From: Candidatus Daviesbacteria bacterium RIFCSPHIGHO2_02_FULL_43_12
Lineage (GTDB): Bacteria; Patescibacteriota; Microgenomatia; Daviesbacterales; UBA10151
Length of the DNA stretch: 64,000 nt
Assembly: GCA_001776775.1 (NCBI GenBank)
Contig: MFDD01000002.1
Span: 169,834-233,833 of the forward strand
Direction of reading: 5' to 3'
Shown here in pieces: positions 19,962-30,176 of this stretch. How positions within the stretch are numbered: position 1 is the stretch's first letter; the number at the start of each line of letters is the position of its first letter. The notes beneath the pieces are model-generated. The model worked only from the letters and a program-made list of their open reading frames with translations. It was not told the origin of the DNA and did not search any database. The translations under genes and the position numbers were made by a program.

Positions 19962-20621
19962 ATGGATAATAGTTCAAATCCACAGCCTTTTACGCCGGTT
20001 GTCCCCCAACCAACCTCATCGCCGGACTCTTCTTCTATGAAAGGTCAGATGATCGAATTTGATGCCGAGAAGCATAACCTAAAAACTTATGTTATTGAAT
20101 TCATCCAGACACTTGCAGTTTGTCTGGTGGTCGGAATTGTCATTTATTGGCAGATCGCCCAACCTCATAAAGTCTCTGGTTTGTCGATGTTTCCTACCTT
20201 TCATAATAATGATTATATTATTACAAATAAAATCGGCTACAAATTTAACCAGCCAAAAAGAGGCGATATCGTAGTCTTGACTAATCCCAGAGACCTCTCT
20301 GAGGCTTTTATTAAACGGATCATCGGACTTCCCGAAGATAGGGTAAAAGTTCAAGAAGGTCATGTGTATATTAACGGCGAAAAGTTAGTAGAGAGTTATT
20401 TAGCCTCCACTTCTTCCACCCCACCCGGAGCCTTCTTAACCGAAGGTAGTGAGGTCTTTGTCCCCGAGGGTAGTTTTATAGTCCTCGGCGATAATCGAAC
20501 CGCCTCATCTGACTCCCGAGAATGGGGATTTGTCCCCAGGCAGGATATTATCGGTCAGGTGTTTTTACGCTACTGGCCCAAAGAGTCAGTTGGTTTTATC
20601 CCCGGAGATGTACAGTATTAG
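19962..20621 (+). CDS. lepB: Signal peptidase I
   Basis: SGLSMFPT (Ser), FIKRIIG (Lys), GDNRTASSDSR. Confidence 0.95.
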   Translation: MDNSSNPQPFTPVVPQPTSSPDSSSMKGQMIEFDAEKHNLKTYVIEFIQTLAVCLVVGIVIYWQIAQPHKVSGLSMFPTFHNNDYIITNKIGYKFNQPKRGDIVVLTNPRDLSEAFIKRIIGLPEDRVKVQEGHVYINGEKLVESYLASTSSTPPGAFLTEGSEVFVPEGSFIVLGDNRTASSDSREWGFVPRQDIIGQVFLRYWPKESVGFIPGDVQY

Positions 20622-20685
20622 AGTTAAGAGTTAAGAGTTAAGAGTTAAGAGTTAAGAGTTAAGAGTTAAGAGTTAAGAGTTAAGA
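20620..20685. repeat. Perfect heptamer tandem repeat (GAGTTAA)x9
   Basis: Nine identical units counted between the convergent lepB and parB stop codons. Confidence 0.95.
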
Positions 20686-20690
20686 AAAGA

Positions 20691-21548
20691 TTATTCCTGA
20701 GTTTCGAAGTATTGACTGATAGCTTGGTATATTTTATTAATCTTCTCACCGGTCATATCTGGGTGTCCATCCATGCGAATCTCTAGTTTTGCCTGAGTAC
20801 TAGTTTGAATATATTTAACTTTAGTTTCCTTGGTCCCTTTACTCAAGATTTCAGTCAACCTGGTTTGAATTCGATCGACATCGTCATTAATAATATGCAT
20901 CATATCCTTGACCGCTCCTCTGCGTGGGCCAATTTTATGTTGAGACCTCATTTTACGAACCAATTCTTCCGTACCGCGCACCGATAAATTCTTGCGTAAG
21001 ACCTCTTTATACCCTTCGATCACCAAGCGTGGATCATCCAAAGCCGCCAAGGCTCTAGCATGCCCTTCGGTGGTTTGACCGGACATTAACGCATCTTTAA
21101 GAGCATCGGGGAGAGTTAGCAGACGAATAGTATTGGAGATATATGATGGGCTTTTAGAGACCCGTTGAGAGATCTCAGCATTACCCAAAGCAAATTCATC
21201 CATTAATCTACGGTAAGCCTGAGCCCGTTCAAGTGGATTTAAATCAATGCGCTGAACATTTTCCACAATTGCCATTTCCAGCATTCCCTGAGGAGTAGTT
21301 TCGCGGATAATAACAGGGACTTTCTCTAACCCGGCCAGCTTTGAAGCCCGCCATCTTCTTTCACCAGCAATGATCTGGTACCCAGCAGGAGTTTTAGCAA
21401 CTACAATAGGTTCCAAGATGCCATGTTCGCGGATAGATTCAGCTAGCTCCGCCAGGGATTCGGGAGTAATAAGACCCCGGGGTTGTAAGGGGTTAGTCTG
21501 CAGCATATCTGCAGCCAGTTCAAAGATTCTGTCGCCGTTGTCATCCAT
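20691..21548 (-). CDS. parB: ParB/Spo0J partition protein
   Basis: NPLQPR, IAGERRWRA, ENVQRIDLN motifs, HTH, GHARAL. Confidence 0.93.
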   Translation of the reverse strand: MDDNGDRIFELAADMLQTNPLQPRGLITPESLAELAESIREHGILEPIVVAKTPAGYQIIAGERRWRASKLAGLEKVPVIIRETTPQGMLEMAIVENVQRIDLNPLERAQAYRRLMDEFALGNAEISQRVSKSPSYISNTIRLLTLPDALKDALMSGQTTEGHARALAALDDPRLVIEGYKEVLRKNLSVRGTEELVRKMRSQHKIGPRRGAVKDMMHIINDDVDRIQTRLTEILSKGTKETKVKYIQTSTQAKLEIRMDGHPDMTGEKINKIYQAISQYFETQE

Positions 21549-21611
21549 TCCTGGTCAGACAGTAACATGTTTTCGTGAAAATTACTAGTCTATCTTTCCG
21601 TATCAGACTAG

Positions 21612-21857
21612 CTACACTACGCAGATTTGCTTTTTACCTAATTTCTTTTTGAACTCTACTTTACCTTCAGTCATAGAGAAGATTGTAAAATCATTACCTT
21701 GTTTAGTACCTACTCCAGCATAAAATTTGTTACCCTTTTGGCGAACTAGGATGTTGCCAATCGTAACTTTTTCGCCGGCGTAACGTTTTACTCCCAACCT
21801 TTTGGAGATTGAGTCTTTATTTCCGGAAACAGATCCTGTACCTTTTTTGGAAGACAT
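21612..21857 (-). CDS. rpmA: 50S ribosomal protein L27
   Basis: KKGTGS..N.KDS.SKRLGVK, GNILVRQKG; follows rplU. Confidence 0.95.
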   Translation of the reverse strand: MSSKKGTGSVSGNKDSISKRLGVKRYAGEKVTIGNILVRQKGNKFYAGVGTKQGNDFTIFSMTEGKVEFKKKLGKKQICVV

Positions 21858-21938
21858 TTATAGTTCTCAGTTCACAGTTCGCGGTTCACAGTTTAGTTTT
21901 TTGACTATAAACTATGTACCATAAACTATATACCGATT
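21858..21938. repeat. Degenerate inverted heptamer arrays between rplU and rpmA
   Basis: AGTTCTC AGTTCAC AGTTCGC GGTTCAC AGTTTAG facing ACTATAA ACTATGT ACCATAA ACTATAT. Confidence 0.7.
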
Positions 21939-22275
21939 ATTTCCCCTCCTTTTTCTTGCTTGACTCTTGACTCTTGCTACTAGCTACTTTGATTGTGGTT
22001 GTATAAGTCCTGGCTCCGACCACTTTTCTGGTATTGGCTTTAGCATGATATTTTGCTACCCGGATCTTACGACCTCTCTTAGAACTTAAGACCTCAAATT
22101 CAATGGTTTCTTTAAGATAGGGTTTTCCGACAGTAATTTTATCCCCATCAACCAGCATTAATACTTTGTCGCAAGTAATTTTTTTAAGATCGCCCAAAAA
22201 ATTAACCAAGATTTCCTGATCGGGACTAACTTTATATTGTCTTCCAGCTACTTCTACAACGGCGTAGGTAAACAT
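21937..22275 (-). CDS. rplU: 50S ribosomal protein L21
   Basis: YAVVEVAGRQYKV, VGKPYL, KIRVAKY motifs; start at MFTYAV. Confidence 0.93.
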   Translation of the reverse strand: MFTYAVVEVAGRQYKVSPDQEILVNFLGDLKKITCDKVLMLVDGDKITVGKPYLKETIEFEVLSSKRGRKIRVAKYHAKANTRKVVGARTYTTTIKVASSKSQESSKKKEGK

Positions 22276-22333
22276 AACCCAAAGATTATACAAAAGATCA
22301 GAGGGAAAGTAAACTACAAGCTCCTATTAAACC

Positions 22334-23389
22334 TTAAATCCCAAATACCGGAATCTCTTTTTCTCGCAGCCCCCATCTATTTACCGAAGCTGCCAGTCCC
22401 AAGGACAAAAGCGAGATAATAATCGAGCTTCCACCGTAAGATAAAAAGGGCAATGTAATACCTGTGATAGGCATAATTCCAATATTCATCCCAATATTTA
22501 CTACAACTTGGAAAAAAAGCATCCCGATTACCCCCATCACAATCAATTCCCCAAAACGGTTTTCTACCCGGATTAAAGTAGCAAAAAGTAGATAAAAAAT
22601 AATCGAGTACAAACTTAGTACAATTATTGTCCCGATAAAACCTAGCTCTTCGCCAATAAAAGCAAAGATAAAATCTGTTCTAAACTCCGGTAAAAACTGC
22701 AGCCTTGACTGCGTACCTCTGCCAAGCCCCCTTCCCCAAAATTCTCCGGAGCCAACAGCGATAGTAGACTGAATAACGTTATATCCTACCCCCAAGGGGT
22801 CATGGTTGGGATATAAGAAACTCAGGAATCTTAGACGTTGATAATCCTTTAGCAAAAACCACATCACTGGCAACACCAAGATCCCCAGTATTCCCAGAAT
22901 TCCACTCTTAACCATCCCGATATTTGCAGCCGCCAACATAAAAAGCCAGATACACCCCAGTGTCAAAGTGGTACCAAGATCTGGCTGCTTAAAAACCAAT
23001 ATTCCAAAAGGCAGAAATATCAAGAAAGATAGAAAAATATTTCTCCAGGTAGTCTTTTTGTCTCCCCAAAAGACCCCCAGCGACATAATTAACGAGAGTT
23101 TAGCCATTTCCGAAGGTTGCAAATTAAAAAAACCAAGGGGTATCCACCGCACAGATCCCCTTGTTTCATAACCCAATACAAATACTACAATCAATAAAAT
23201 ACATACTAAAATATAAAATGGTTTAACCAGTACTTTTAATGCTCTTAAGTCAAGGCTCCTTAAGCCTAAATAACCGATCAGTCCGATCACCGCAAAGATT
23301 GTTTGCTGAAAAGCCAAGCTATGGTTGGAGGTAGAGGTAAAAATTACTGTAATACCCAGCGAAAGAAGAAGCAGGACTGGAACAATCAT
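22334..23389 (-). CDS. rodA: Rod shape-determining protein RodA (SEDS)
   Basis: RWIPLG..LQPSE, QPDLGT, YQRLR, FLPEFRTDFIF, LPFLSYGGSS. Confidence 0.9.
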   Translation of the reverse strand: MIVPVLLLLSLGITVIFTSTSNHSLAFQQTIFAVIGLIGYLGLRSLDLRALKVLVKPFYILVCILLIVVFVLGYETRGSVRWIPLGFFNLQPSEMAKLSLIMSLGVFWGDKKTTWRNIFLSFLIFLPFGILVFKQPDLGTTLTLGCIWLFMLAAANIGMVKSGILGILGILVLPVMWFLLKDYQRLRFLSFLYPNHDPLGVGYNVIQSTIAVGSGEFWGRGLGRGTQSRLQFLPEFRTDFIFAFIGEELGFIGTIIVLSLYSIIFYLLFATLIRVENRFGELIVMGVIGMLFFQVVVNIGMNIGIMPITGITLPFLSYGGSSIIISLLSLGLAASVNRWGLREKEIPVFGI

Positions 23390-23395
23390 TTTGAT

Positions 23396-26317
23396 TTAAA
23401 CTGCAATCTTTTTTATTTCTGCCTGATCAGATTTTACCAATTTAACAGCAGAGGTCATTTTAAGAATCATTTCTGTATATTGCTCCGGCCACTGCGGAAG
23501 GTAAATTTCAATTTTATCTTTTAGGGTCAGGGTGGCATCTTTTCTCATTTGTTGAACCTGTCGGATTATTTCTCGAGCTTTTCCCTCTTCGGCCAAGTCC
23601 TGAGTAACGACCGTGTCCAGCTCAACAGCAGGTTTTGGAGCAGATGACTTTTTATACTCTACTGATTTTACGTTTAGCTCTTGGGCAATTACCTCTTCCA
23701 AATCATCACTCAGCTTCCTGGACAAAGAATAGGTGAGCTTAGCCAAGGGTTGTCTTAATTTAAGCTCGGCTTCTTTTCTCTTACTGTGACCTAACTCCAC
23801 TACTTCCCGAACTGTTTTCATATCTTGAACCAAAGTTTCGTTTAGTAAGCCTTTGTCTCCTTCTGGGTAAAAACTTAGATGGACGGACTCTTCGTCGGTC
23901 AGAGTACGATAGATCTCTTCGGTGATAAAGGGGGCGAGGGGGGCAAAAAGCTTAGTGAAAGTGACCAAAACCCCATACATCACAGAAAAAAAAGTATCTT
24001 GATCGATCAGGTTTTCGTTATTGCTGACTCTGTCTCTTGACCGGCGGATATACCAAGTAGAAAAATCCGTTACCAGAAACTCCTTTAGGAGCTTTGTGGC
24101 CGCTGGTAAATCGTAGTTATCCAAAGCTTTTCTGGATAAAATTACGACTTCAGTTAAACGGGCCAAAATCCATTTATCCAGCACAGATAAACTAGCCTTT
24201 AGGGTCCCTGGATCGATCTTGTTGCATTCCCATTGCAGGATACTGGCGTAATCCATAAAAAATTTGTAGCAGTTCCAATAAATCAGTAGGAATTTATAAT
24301 TTTCCGAAACTCCCTCCTCTAAAAAGTTCATATCTTCACCCTTCATTACCGGCGAACCCATCAGGTAGAGTCGTAAGGCGTCTCCGCCGTAAGTATCCAA
24401 AATCATTTTAGGATCAGGGTAATTACCAAAAGATTTACTCATCTTTCGACCATCATTACCAGCCAAAACTCCGGTACAGATTACATTCGTAAAAGCGCCC
24501 TGATCAAATATCAAAGTCGAGATCCGAAGCAGTACATTAAACCAAGCCCTCACCTGGCCAACATATTCAATAATAAAATCTGCCGGTTGAGAATCTTCAA
24601 AAGCTTGCTTGTTCTCGAAAGGATAGTGGTATTCGGCAAAAGGAGCAGACCCAGAATCCATCCAACAATCTAATACCTCCGGAATCCGGAAGTACTCTTT
24701 TCCGTCTTTTTTCAGCACAACCTTGTCACAAACATCCCGATGCAGATCCATCGGCTCACCCCTAAAGAAGTAGGTCGGTTTTGCAGTTCCCGGTTCACGG
24801 TTCACCCCGATATAACCGGGGTTCACGGTAATCTCGTTGCAATATTGAGCCATTTCATTGAGGCTGCCGATAACTATTTCCTCTCCGGTTTTACTCCTCC
24901 AGATCGGCATGATTGTTGCCCAATAGCGGTTTCGAGAGATGCACCAATCAGGTGAGGTCTCCAGAGTATGTAAAAATCTCCCCTCTTTAATATGTTCCGG
25001 GATCCAGTTAGTCTCCTGGTTTAGCTCCTTCATTCGCTCTTTAATCTTTTGCACATCTATAAAATATGCATCCTGGGCCATATAGATTAAGGGGTTACTC
25101 CCCCGGTAAAAGGGTAGCCTGTGGGTATAAACTTCGCTGCGAAGTAAAACCTGCTTTTTCTGCATATCCTCGGTTATCAGGGCGGAAGCATCTCTTAAAT
25201 ATATTCCTTTCCAGGGGCCAATCGTCAGGTTGCCCTCTTCGTCAATATCGCTTAGTGCTGTAATCCCATGCTTAAGCCCCATCTGAAAATCAACCTCGCC
25301 AAAAGCCGGAGCGATATGCAAAACTCCCGTACCTTCGTCTAAGTTTACGTCTTCGGAGAGATAAACTTGGAAGTCTGTCTTACTATCTGATTTCAAATAA
25401 TCATATATTTGGGCATACTTCACCCCTCCAAGTTCACCTCCTGGAAATTCCGCAATAACCCGGACCTTGTTGCCAAAAGTGTACTGCACTCGGTCTTTGG
25501 CAACAATCAGATATTCTTGATCAACTTCGACCAGAGAATAAATAAATTTAGAATTAACTGCTAAAGCAAAGTTCGCCGGTATAGTCCAAGGGGTAGTCGT
25601 CCAAGCTATCAAGTAAATAGGCTTTGACTGCAAAGCTTTATCATTTATACACTCCGGGGTATTTGTTAATTCAAATTTAACAAAGACGCTTAGATCTTCC
25701 ATCTCCTGATAGTTATCCGGATCCATAGCTACTTCAAATTGCGAAACAGGGGTTGATGTATCTGTCGAAAAAAGTGAGACTCTTTTGCCCTTGTAAATTA
25801 AACCTTTGTCATATATTTGTTTAAAAGCCCAGATCACCGACTCCATAAAATCAACGCTCATAGTATAGTAAGCGTTGTCCATATCCACCCATCTGCCGAT
25901 TTTTTCGATATACCAACGCCAGTCAGAAGAGGCTGTTTGAACATATTTACGACACTCTTGAACATATTTTTCTATACCTAATTTTTCTTCTAGTTGAGCG
26001 CTAGATTTAATACCAAAAAGTTTGTTAACCTTTTCTTCAATCGGAAGACCGTGACAATCCCAGCCAAACACCCGGCGAACTCTTTTTCCAAGCATTGTTT
26101 GATACCGTGGTATCACGTCTTTAGCAATTGAGGGAAGCAGTGATCCATAATGAGGATTACCGGTTACAAAAGGTGGTCCATCAACAAAAGTATAGGCATT
26201 GTCCGGAGAACGGTCCTCAACGGATTTGGCAAAGATTTTTTGCTCTTTCCAAAATTTGGAGATTTCGTTTTCGATCTCTATCAGATTAACTTGTCCAGAA
26301 ACTGTCTTGAAAGCCAT
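23396..26317 (-). CDS. ileS: Isoleucine--tRNA ligase (type 2-like)
   Basis: DGPPF...HYGS (HIGH-like), GWDCHGLP, WTTTPWT, WCISRNRYW, KMSKS; no C-terminal Zn finger. Confidence 0.95.
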   Translation of the reverse strand: MAFKTVSGQVNLIEIENEISKFWKEQKIFAKSVEDRSPDNAYTFVDGPPFVTGNPHYGSLLPSIAKDVIPRYQTMLGKRVRRVFGWDCHGLPIEEKVNKLFGIKSSAQLEEKLGIEKYVQECRKYVQTASSDWRWYIEKIGRWVDMDNAYYTMSVDFMESVIWAFKQIYDKGLIYKGKRVSLFSTDTSTPVSQFEVAMDPDNYQEMEDLSVFVKFELTNTPECINDKALQSKPIYLIAWTTTPWTIPANFALAVNSKFIYSLVEVDQEYLIVAKDRVQYTFGNKVRVIAEFPGGELGGVKYAQIYDYLKSDSKTDFQVYLSEDVNLDEGTGVLHIAPAFGEVDFQMGLKHGITALSDIDEEGNLTIGPWKGIYLRDASALITEDMQKKQVLLRSEVYTHRLPFYRGSNPLIYMAQDAYFIDVQKIKERMKELNQETNWIPEHIKEGRFLHTLETSPDWCISRNRYWATIMPIWRSKTGEEIVIGSLNEMAQYCNEITVNPGYIGVNREPGTAKPTYFFRGEPMDLHRDVCDKVVLKKDGKEYFRIPEVLDCWMDSGSAPFAEYHYPFENKQAFEDSQPADFIIEYVGQVRAWFNVLLRISTLIFDQGAFTNVICTGVLAGNDGRKMSKSFGNYPDPKMILDTYGGDALRLYLMGSPVMKGEDMNFLEEGVSENYKFLLIYWNCYKFFMDYASILQWECNKIDPGTLKASLSVLDKWILARLTEVVILSRKALDNYDLPAATKLLKEFLVTDFSTWYIRRSRDRVSNNENLIDQDTFFSVMYGVLVTFTKLFAPLAPFITEEIYRTLTDEESVHLSFYPEGDKGLLNETLVQDMKTVREVVELGHSKRKEAELKLRQPLAKLTYSLSRKLSDDLEEVIAQELNVKSVEYKKSSAPKPAVELDTVVTQDLAEEGKAREIIRQVQQMRKDATLTLKDKIEIYLPQWPEQYTEMILKMTSAVKLVKSDQAEIKKIAV

Positions 26318-26417
26318 AGAGGTATTTTAGCAGATCTTCTCTTAGCGAACCAGAGAGTTGTGTCCTGTGGATCATTCTAGACAAATTCTTCTTTCTTGTG
26401 TATAGTATTTTAACTTC

Positions 26418-27320
26418 ATGACAGATTCCGGCAATATCCAAGACATCTTCCCCCCAGCCCAACTCGGCATTATCGGCTATGGTATCGTCGGTCAAGCTCT
26501 GGCTTATGGATTTACCACTGCTTCCAAGGGACGAGATGTTATTCGCTTCTACGACAAGTTCAAAAAGAGCCTACCTTTACCTGAGGTTATTGAGAAATCA
26601 GAGTTTATCTTCCTGGGTCTCCCTACCCCAATGAAAAAAGACGAATCGGGTATTGATCTATCCATAGTTGATGAGATGGTCAAGGAGATTACTAATTACA
26701 CTGATAATACTGACAAAGTTATAATTATCAAATCAACTGTGGTACCGGGAACAACTCGTAAATATCAGGCCCTATATCCACATTCAAACTTTTGCTTTAA
26801 CCCCGAATTTTTAACTGAAGCCAATTTTCTGGAAGATTTTCTGAACGCTAAGAGAACAATTATCGGCGCAAGTAGCGACCTTGTTTCCAGACGAGTAGCT
26901 GTACTTTATAAAGAGCGTTTCTTAGAAACTCAAATTTTCCAAACCGATCCTACCACAGCTGAAACAGTTAAATATTTTGCCAATGCCTTTTTAGCTCTTA
27001 AGGTCACTTTTGCCAATATTTTTTATGACCTTTGCAAAGAATTGGATATTAACTATGACGAAGTTAAAAGGCTTGCTACTACCGATCCTCGTATTGGTAA
27101 TTCCCATTTAGATGTTACTGCCACTCGTGGATTTGGTCAGAAATGTTTTCCTAAAGATATGGTTGCTTTGCTCGGCGAAGCACATGAGCTCGGTGTTGAT
27201 GTTAAAGTCTTAGAAGCAGCTTGGGAATATAACAAGAAAATTCGTAAAGACCACGACTGGGAAGAGATCCCCTTTGCTGTCAGCGAAATAAAGAATAAAG
27301 AATTAAGTAGTAAGAATTAA
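26418..27320 (+). CDS. UDP-glucose/GDP-mannose dehydrogenase family, short form
   Basis: GYGIVG Rossmann motif, KSTVVPGT, NPEFL, KYFAN, GFGQKCFPKD. Confidence 0.88.
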   Translation: MTDSGNIQDIFPPAQLGIIGYGIVGQALAYGFTTASKGRDVIRFYDKFKKSLPLPEVIEKSEFIFLGLPTPMKKDESGIDLSIVDEMVKEITNYTDNTDKVIIIKSTVVPGTTRKYQALYPHSNFCFNPEFLTEANFLEDFLNAKRTIIGASSDLVSRRVAVLYKERFLETQIFQTDPTTAETVKYFANAFLALKVTFANIFYDLCKELDINYDEVKRLATTDPRIGNSHLDVTATRGFGQKCFPKDMVALLGEAHELGVDVKVLEAAWEYNKKIRKDHDWEEIPFAVSEIKNKELSSKN

Positions 27321-27347
27321 GGGCGACATATTTTCTTTATTCTTACT

Positions 27348-28295
27348 CTAACTTCTCACCCACTCTATCATTTTCAACAGTCCTTCTTTCAGGTCAACTT
27401 TTGGTTCCCAACCCAAAAGTTTTCGAGCTTTAGTGATATCCGGCTGTCTCTTTTTTGGGTCATCCTCGGGCAGGTCTTCGCTAAAGATTATTTCACTCTT
27501 TGAATTGGTCAGTCTCTTCACCATTTCTGCATACTCAACTACTGTATGTTCCTCAGGATTTCCGATATTCACAACCTCTCCCTTGGTATTCGGGCTAAAC
27601 ATCAATTTGTAAATCCCCTCGACTGTATCATCTACATAGCAGAGTGACCTGGTTTGCTGACCATCTCCGAAAATCGTCACGGGTTTGTTTTCTAAAGCTT
27701 GGTTGATAAATGTAATAATCATCCGCATATCCGCCTTTTGCATTCTTGGGCCATAGGTATTAAAAATTCGGACAATTCGCGCATCGACCCCTCTATCTCT
27801 TTCAAAATAAGCAGTTATGGTCTCTCCAAATCTTTTCGCTTCGTCATAAACGGATCTTGGTCCGGTGGTTGAAACATTTCCACGGTATTCTTCTTTTTGC
27901 GGAGCTTCTAGCGGATCTCCGTAACACTCAGATGTTGAAGCAAAGAGAAATTTGGCTTTATTTTTTTCAGCAAATTTTAGCAACTCCAAGGTTCCTTGAG
28001 TATTCACTAACATTGTTTCCATAGGGAGGGCGTGATAGCTCAAGCTACTATGATGATTAGGTGACGCCGGGGAAGCAAAATGGAATACCGCCTCAGCTGT
28101 AATGTTTTCCGGTATTGGTTTGGTAACATCGTGTTCCAAAAATGCAAACTTGGGGTTACCCAAAAATTGCTGAATGTTTTCTTTGCTGCCGGTTAGTAAA
28201 TTATCAACACAAATTACCTCATGACTTTCTTTTAAAAACCTCTCGCATAGATGCGACCCTAAAAATCCAGCCCCTCCGGCCACTAATATTTTCAT
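27348..28295 (-). CDS. UDP-glucuronate decarboxylase-like SDR epimerase/dehydratase
   Basis: GGAGFLGSHL, FASPASP, STSECYGDP, YDEAKR, RIFNTYGPRM, DDPKKRQPDI. Confidence 0.9.
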   Translation of the reverse strand: MKILVAGGAGFLGSHLCERFLKESHEVICVDNLLTGSKENIQQFLGNPKFAFLEHDVTKPIPENITAEAVFHFASPASPNHHSSLSYHALPMETMLVNTQGTLELLKFAEKNKAKFLFASTSECYGDPLEAPQKEEYRGNVSTTGPRSVYDEAKRFGETITAYFERDRGVDARIVRIFNTYGPRMQKADMRMIITFINQALENKPVTIFGDGQQTRSLCYVDDTVEGIYKLMFSPNTKGEVVNIGNPEEHTVVEYAEMVKRLTNSKSEIIFSEDLPEDDPKKRQPDITKARKLLGWEPKVDLKEGLLKMIEWVRS

Positions 28296-28298
28296 AAT

Positions 28299-28808
28299 TT
28301 ATTCTCTCCCTGTCGTTTTAGCTAATTTATCTACCACTACATTTTCATATTCAAAGGCCATGTGTACACGCCTATCTAAATTCATCCATAAAAATCTAGA
28401 CACTTCTTCTGAGGACTCCAGGATAATTCTTTTCTCAAACGTTATTAAGTAAAAAAAGTTTAAAGTAAAATAGGTATTTCCCTCGTAGGGATATTTATCG
28501 ACTAAAACATCGAAGAGTCTTAGGTCTTTTTTATCAATCATTACCCCAGTTTCTTCTTGAAATTCTCTGACTGCACCATCTTTTGGATCTTCTCCGTTTC
28601 TTAAAAAGCCTCCCAGTAGCTCAAAGCTTCCTTTATGCGGATCCTGCTCTCTCACACCTACTAGAATTTCTTTTTCTCGATAGACTGGGGTGACGGTAGC
28701 TGTTGGTTTAGAATTATAAAATGTAGATTTATGACAAGAGGGGCATTTAAATCCTTGTTTTGTTTGATCTTTTATCTCTGCTCCACAATTCGGACAATAC
28801 TTAAACAT
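28299..28808 (-). CDS. NUDIX hydrolase with N-terminal zinc ribbon
   Basis: CPNC...CPSC and GGFL..GE....AVREFQEETG. Confidence 0.9.
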   Translation of the reverse strand: MFKYCPNCGAEIKDQTKQGFKCPSCHKSTFYNSKPTATVTPVYREKEILVGVREQDPHKGSFELLGGFLRNGEDPKDGAVREFQEETGVMIDKKDLRLFDVLVDKYPYEGNTYFTLNFFYLITFEKRIILESSEEVSRFLWMNLDRRVHMAFEYENVVVDKLAKTTGRE

Positions 28809-28864
28809 TAGTAAAAGAGATTGTAGATTAATTCTAAATATTTGTCTATGAATGAGGTTGCAAA

Positions 28865-30106
28865 CTAACGGTTTTGTCTGAGAAAAGCGGGGATTTCCAG
28901 ATCGTCGCTGTCATCAGTGCTATATTTATCTTCAATCTGGGTCTGATCTTCGCTAGATTGAGTCGAAGGTTCTTCAACAGATCGCCTACTACTCCCAAGA
29001 TTCGGAAAAGCTCCAAAAGCTGATGATTGTTGTGGTTGAAGAACTTGCTGAGTTTGGGACTGAGGCGGGTTGTAATTACTTTGCGGGGTTACTCCACTTT
29101 GAGATTGAGTAGCAGACATCCCTAGTCCGGCATATTCCCGCAATCTGCCTCTGCTCTCATCAAATCCGGTGGCAATAACCGATACCTTGACCATATCCAC
29201 CATGTCTTCTTTAATAGTCGCTCCGAAAATAATATTGGCATCGGGTTCAGCCGCCTGAGCTATAATCTGGGCTGCTTCATTAACTTCGGTCATGGATAGA
29301 TCTGGACCTCCGACGATATTAAACAGCACACCTTTGGCTCCTTCGATCGATACTTCCAAAAGAGGAGACGCGATCGCCATTCGGGCAGCCACTGCTGCTC
29401 TGTTTTCTCCACCAGCCTGTCCAATACCCATCAAGGCCGATCCTGCACTACTCATAATTGATTTGACATCAGCAAAGTCTACATTTATCAGTCCCGGCAT
29501 GGTGATAAGATCAGATATCCCTTGTACCCCCTGACCCAGAACAGAGTCAGCCAGTTTAAAAGCTTCCTGCAAGGTCATATTCTTGTCTACTACTTCCAGC
29601 AGCCGCTGATTGGGGATGACGATCAAGGCATCGACATGATCTTTCAGGCGTTCGATTCCCTCTTCGGCTGCCATCATTCTTCTTGAACCTTCAAACGCAA
29701 ATGGTTTTGTTACTACTGCTACAGTCAAAGCGCCTACTTTTCTAGCGACAGAAGCGGCGATCGGAATAGCTCCGGTACCCGTACCTCCACCCATACCGGC
29801 GGTTAAAAAAATCATATCCGCATCTTGCATGACGTCTTCCAATTTTTGCACTGACTCTTCGGCAGCCGCACGACCGACCTCCGGATCTCCACCAGAACCC
29901 AGACCTCGAGTTAGTGCTTCTCCAATTTGGACTTTGGTAGGTGACTGGTTTCCGAGGAGTGCTTGCGCATCAGTATTTACAGCCACAAATTCAACTCCTT
30001 GGATCTGCTGAAGAGTAATCATCGAATTAAGAGCATTGGTACCTCCACCACCCAGACCAATCACTTTAATCTTGGCAAAGCGCTGTACATCAGGTTTGAT
30101 CAACAT
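28865..30106 (-). CDS. ftsZ: Cell division protein FtsZ
   Basis: [18 protein letters not shown]-terminal LEIPAFLR. Confidence 0.98.
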   Translation of the reverse strand: MLIKPDVQRFAKIKVIGLGGGGTNALNSMITLQQIQGVEFVAVNTDAQALLGNQSPTKVQIGEALTRGLGSGGDPEVGRAAAEESVQKLEDVMQDADMIFLTAGMGGGTGTGAIPIAASVARKVGALTVAVVTKPFAFEGSRRMMAAEEGIERLKDHVDALIVIPNQRLLEVVDKNMTLQEAFKLADSVLGQGVQGISDLITMPGLINVDFADVKSIMSSAGSALMGIGQAGGENRAAVAARMAIASPLLEVSIEGAKGVLFNIVGGPDLSMTEVNEAAQIIAQAAEPDANIIFGATIKEDMVDMVKVSVIATGFDESRGRLREYAGLGMSATQSQSGVTPQSNYNPPQSQTQQVLQPQQSSAFGAFPNLGSSRRSVEEPSTQSSEDQTQIEDKYSTDDSDDLEIPAFLRQNR

Positions 30107-30176
30107 ATATGGGCCGATTGTAGCAGTTTAAAAAACTATTGTCGAGAGTGTTTATTAGGGCAGCCCTTCGGTCAAC

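Noticed and set aside
20620-20685. Tandem repeat as a CRISPR array or replication iterons
   Set aside because: 7-nt units with no spacers; no rep or dnaA gene nearby
21567-21582. parS-like palindrome (TTTTCGTGAAAA) upstream of parB
   Set aside because: Only about 9/16 match to the TGTTTCACGTGAAACA consensus; too weak in AT-rich DNA
26318-26417. T-box upstream of ileS
   Set aside because: No TGGNACC motif; a -10 box 6 nt before the ATG implies no leader
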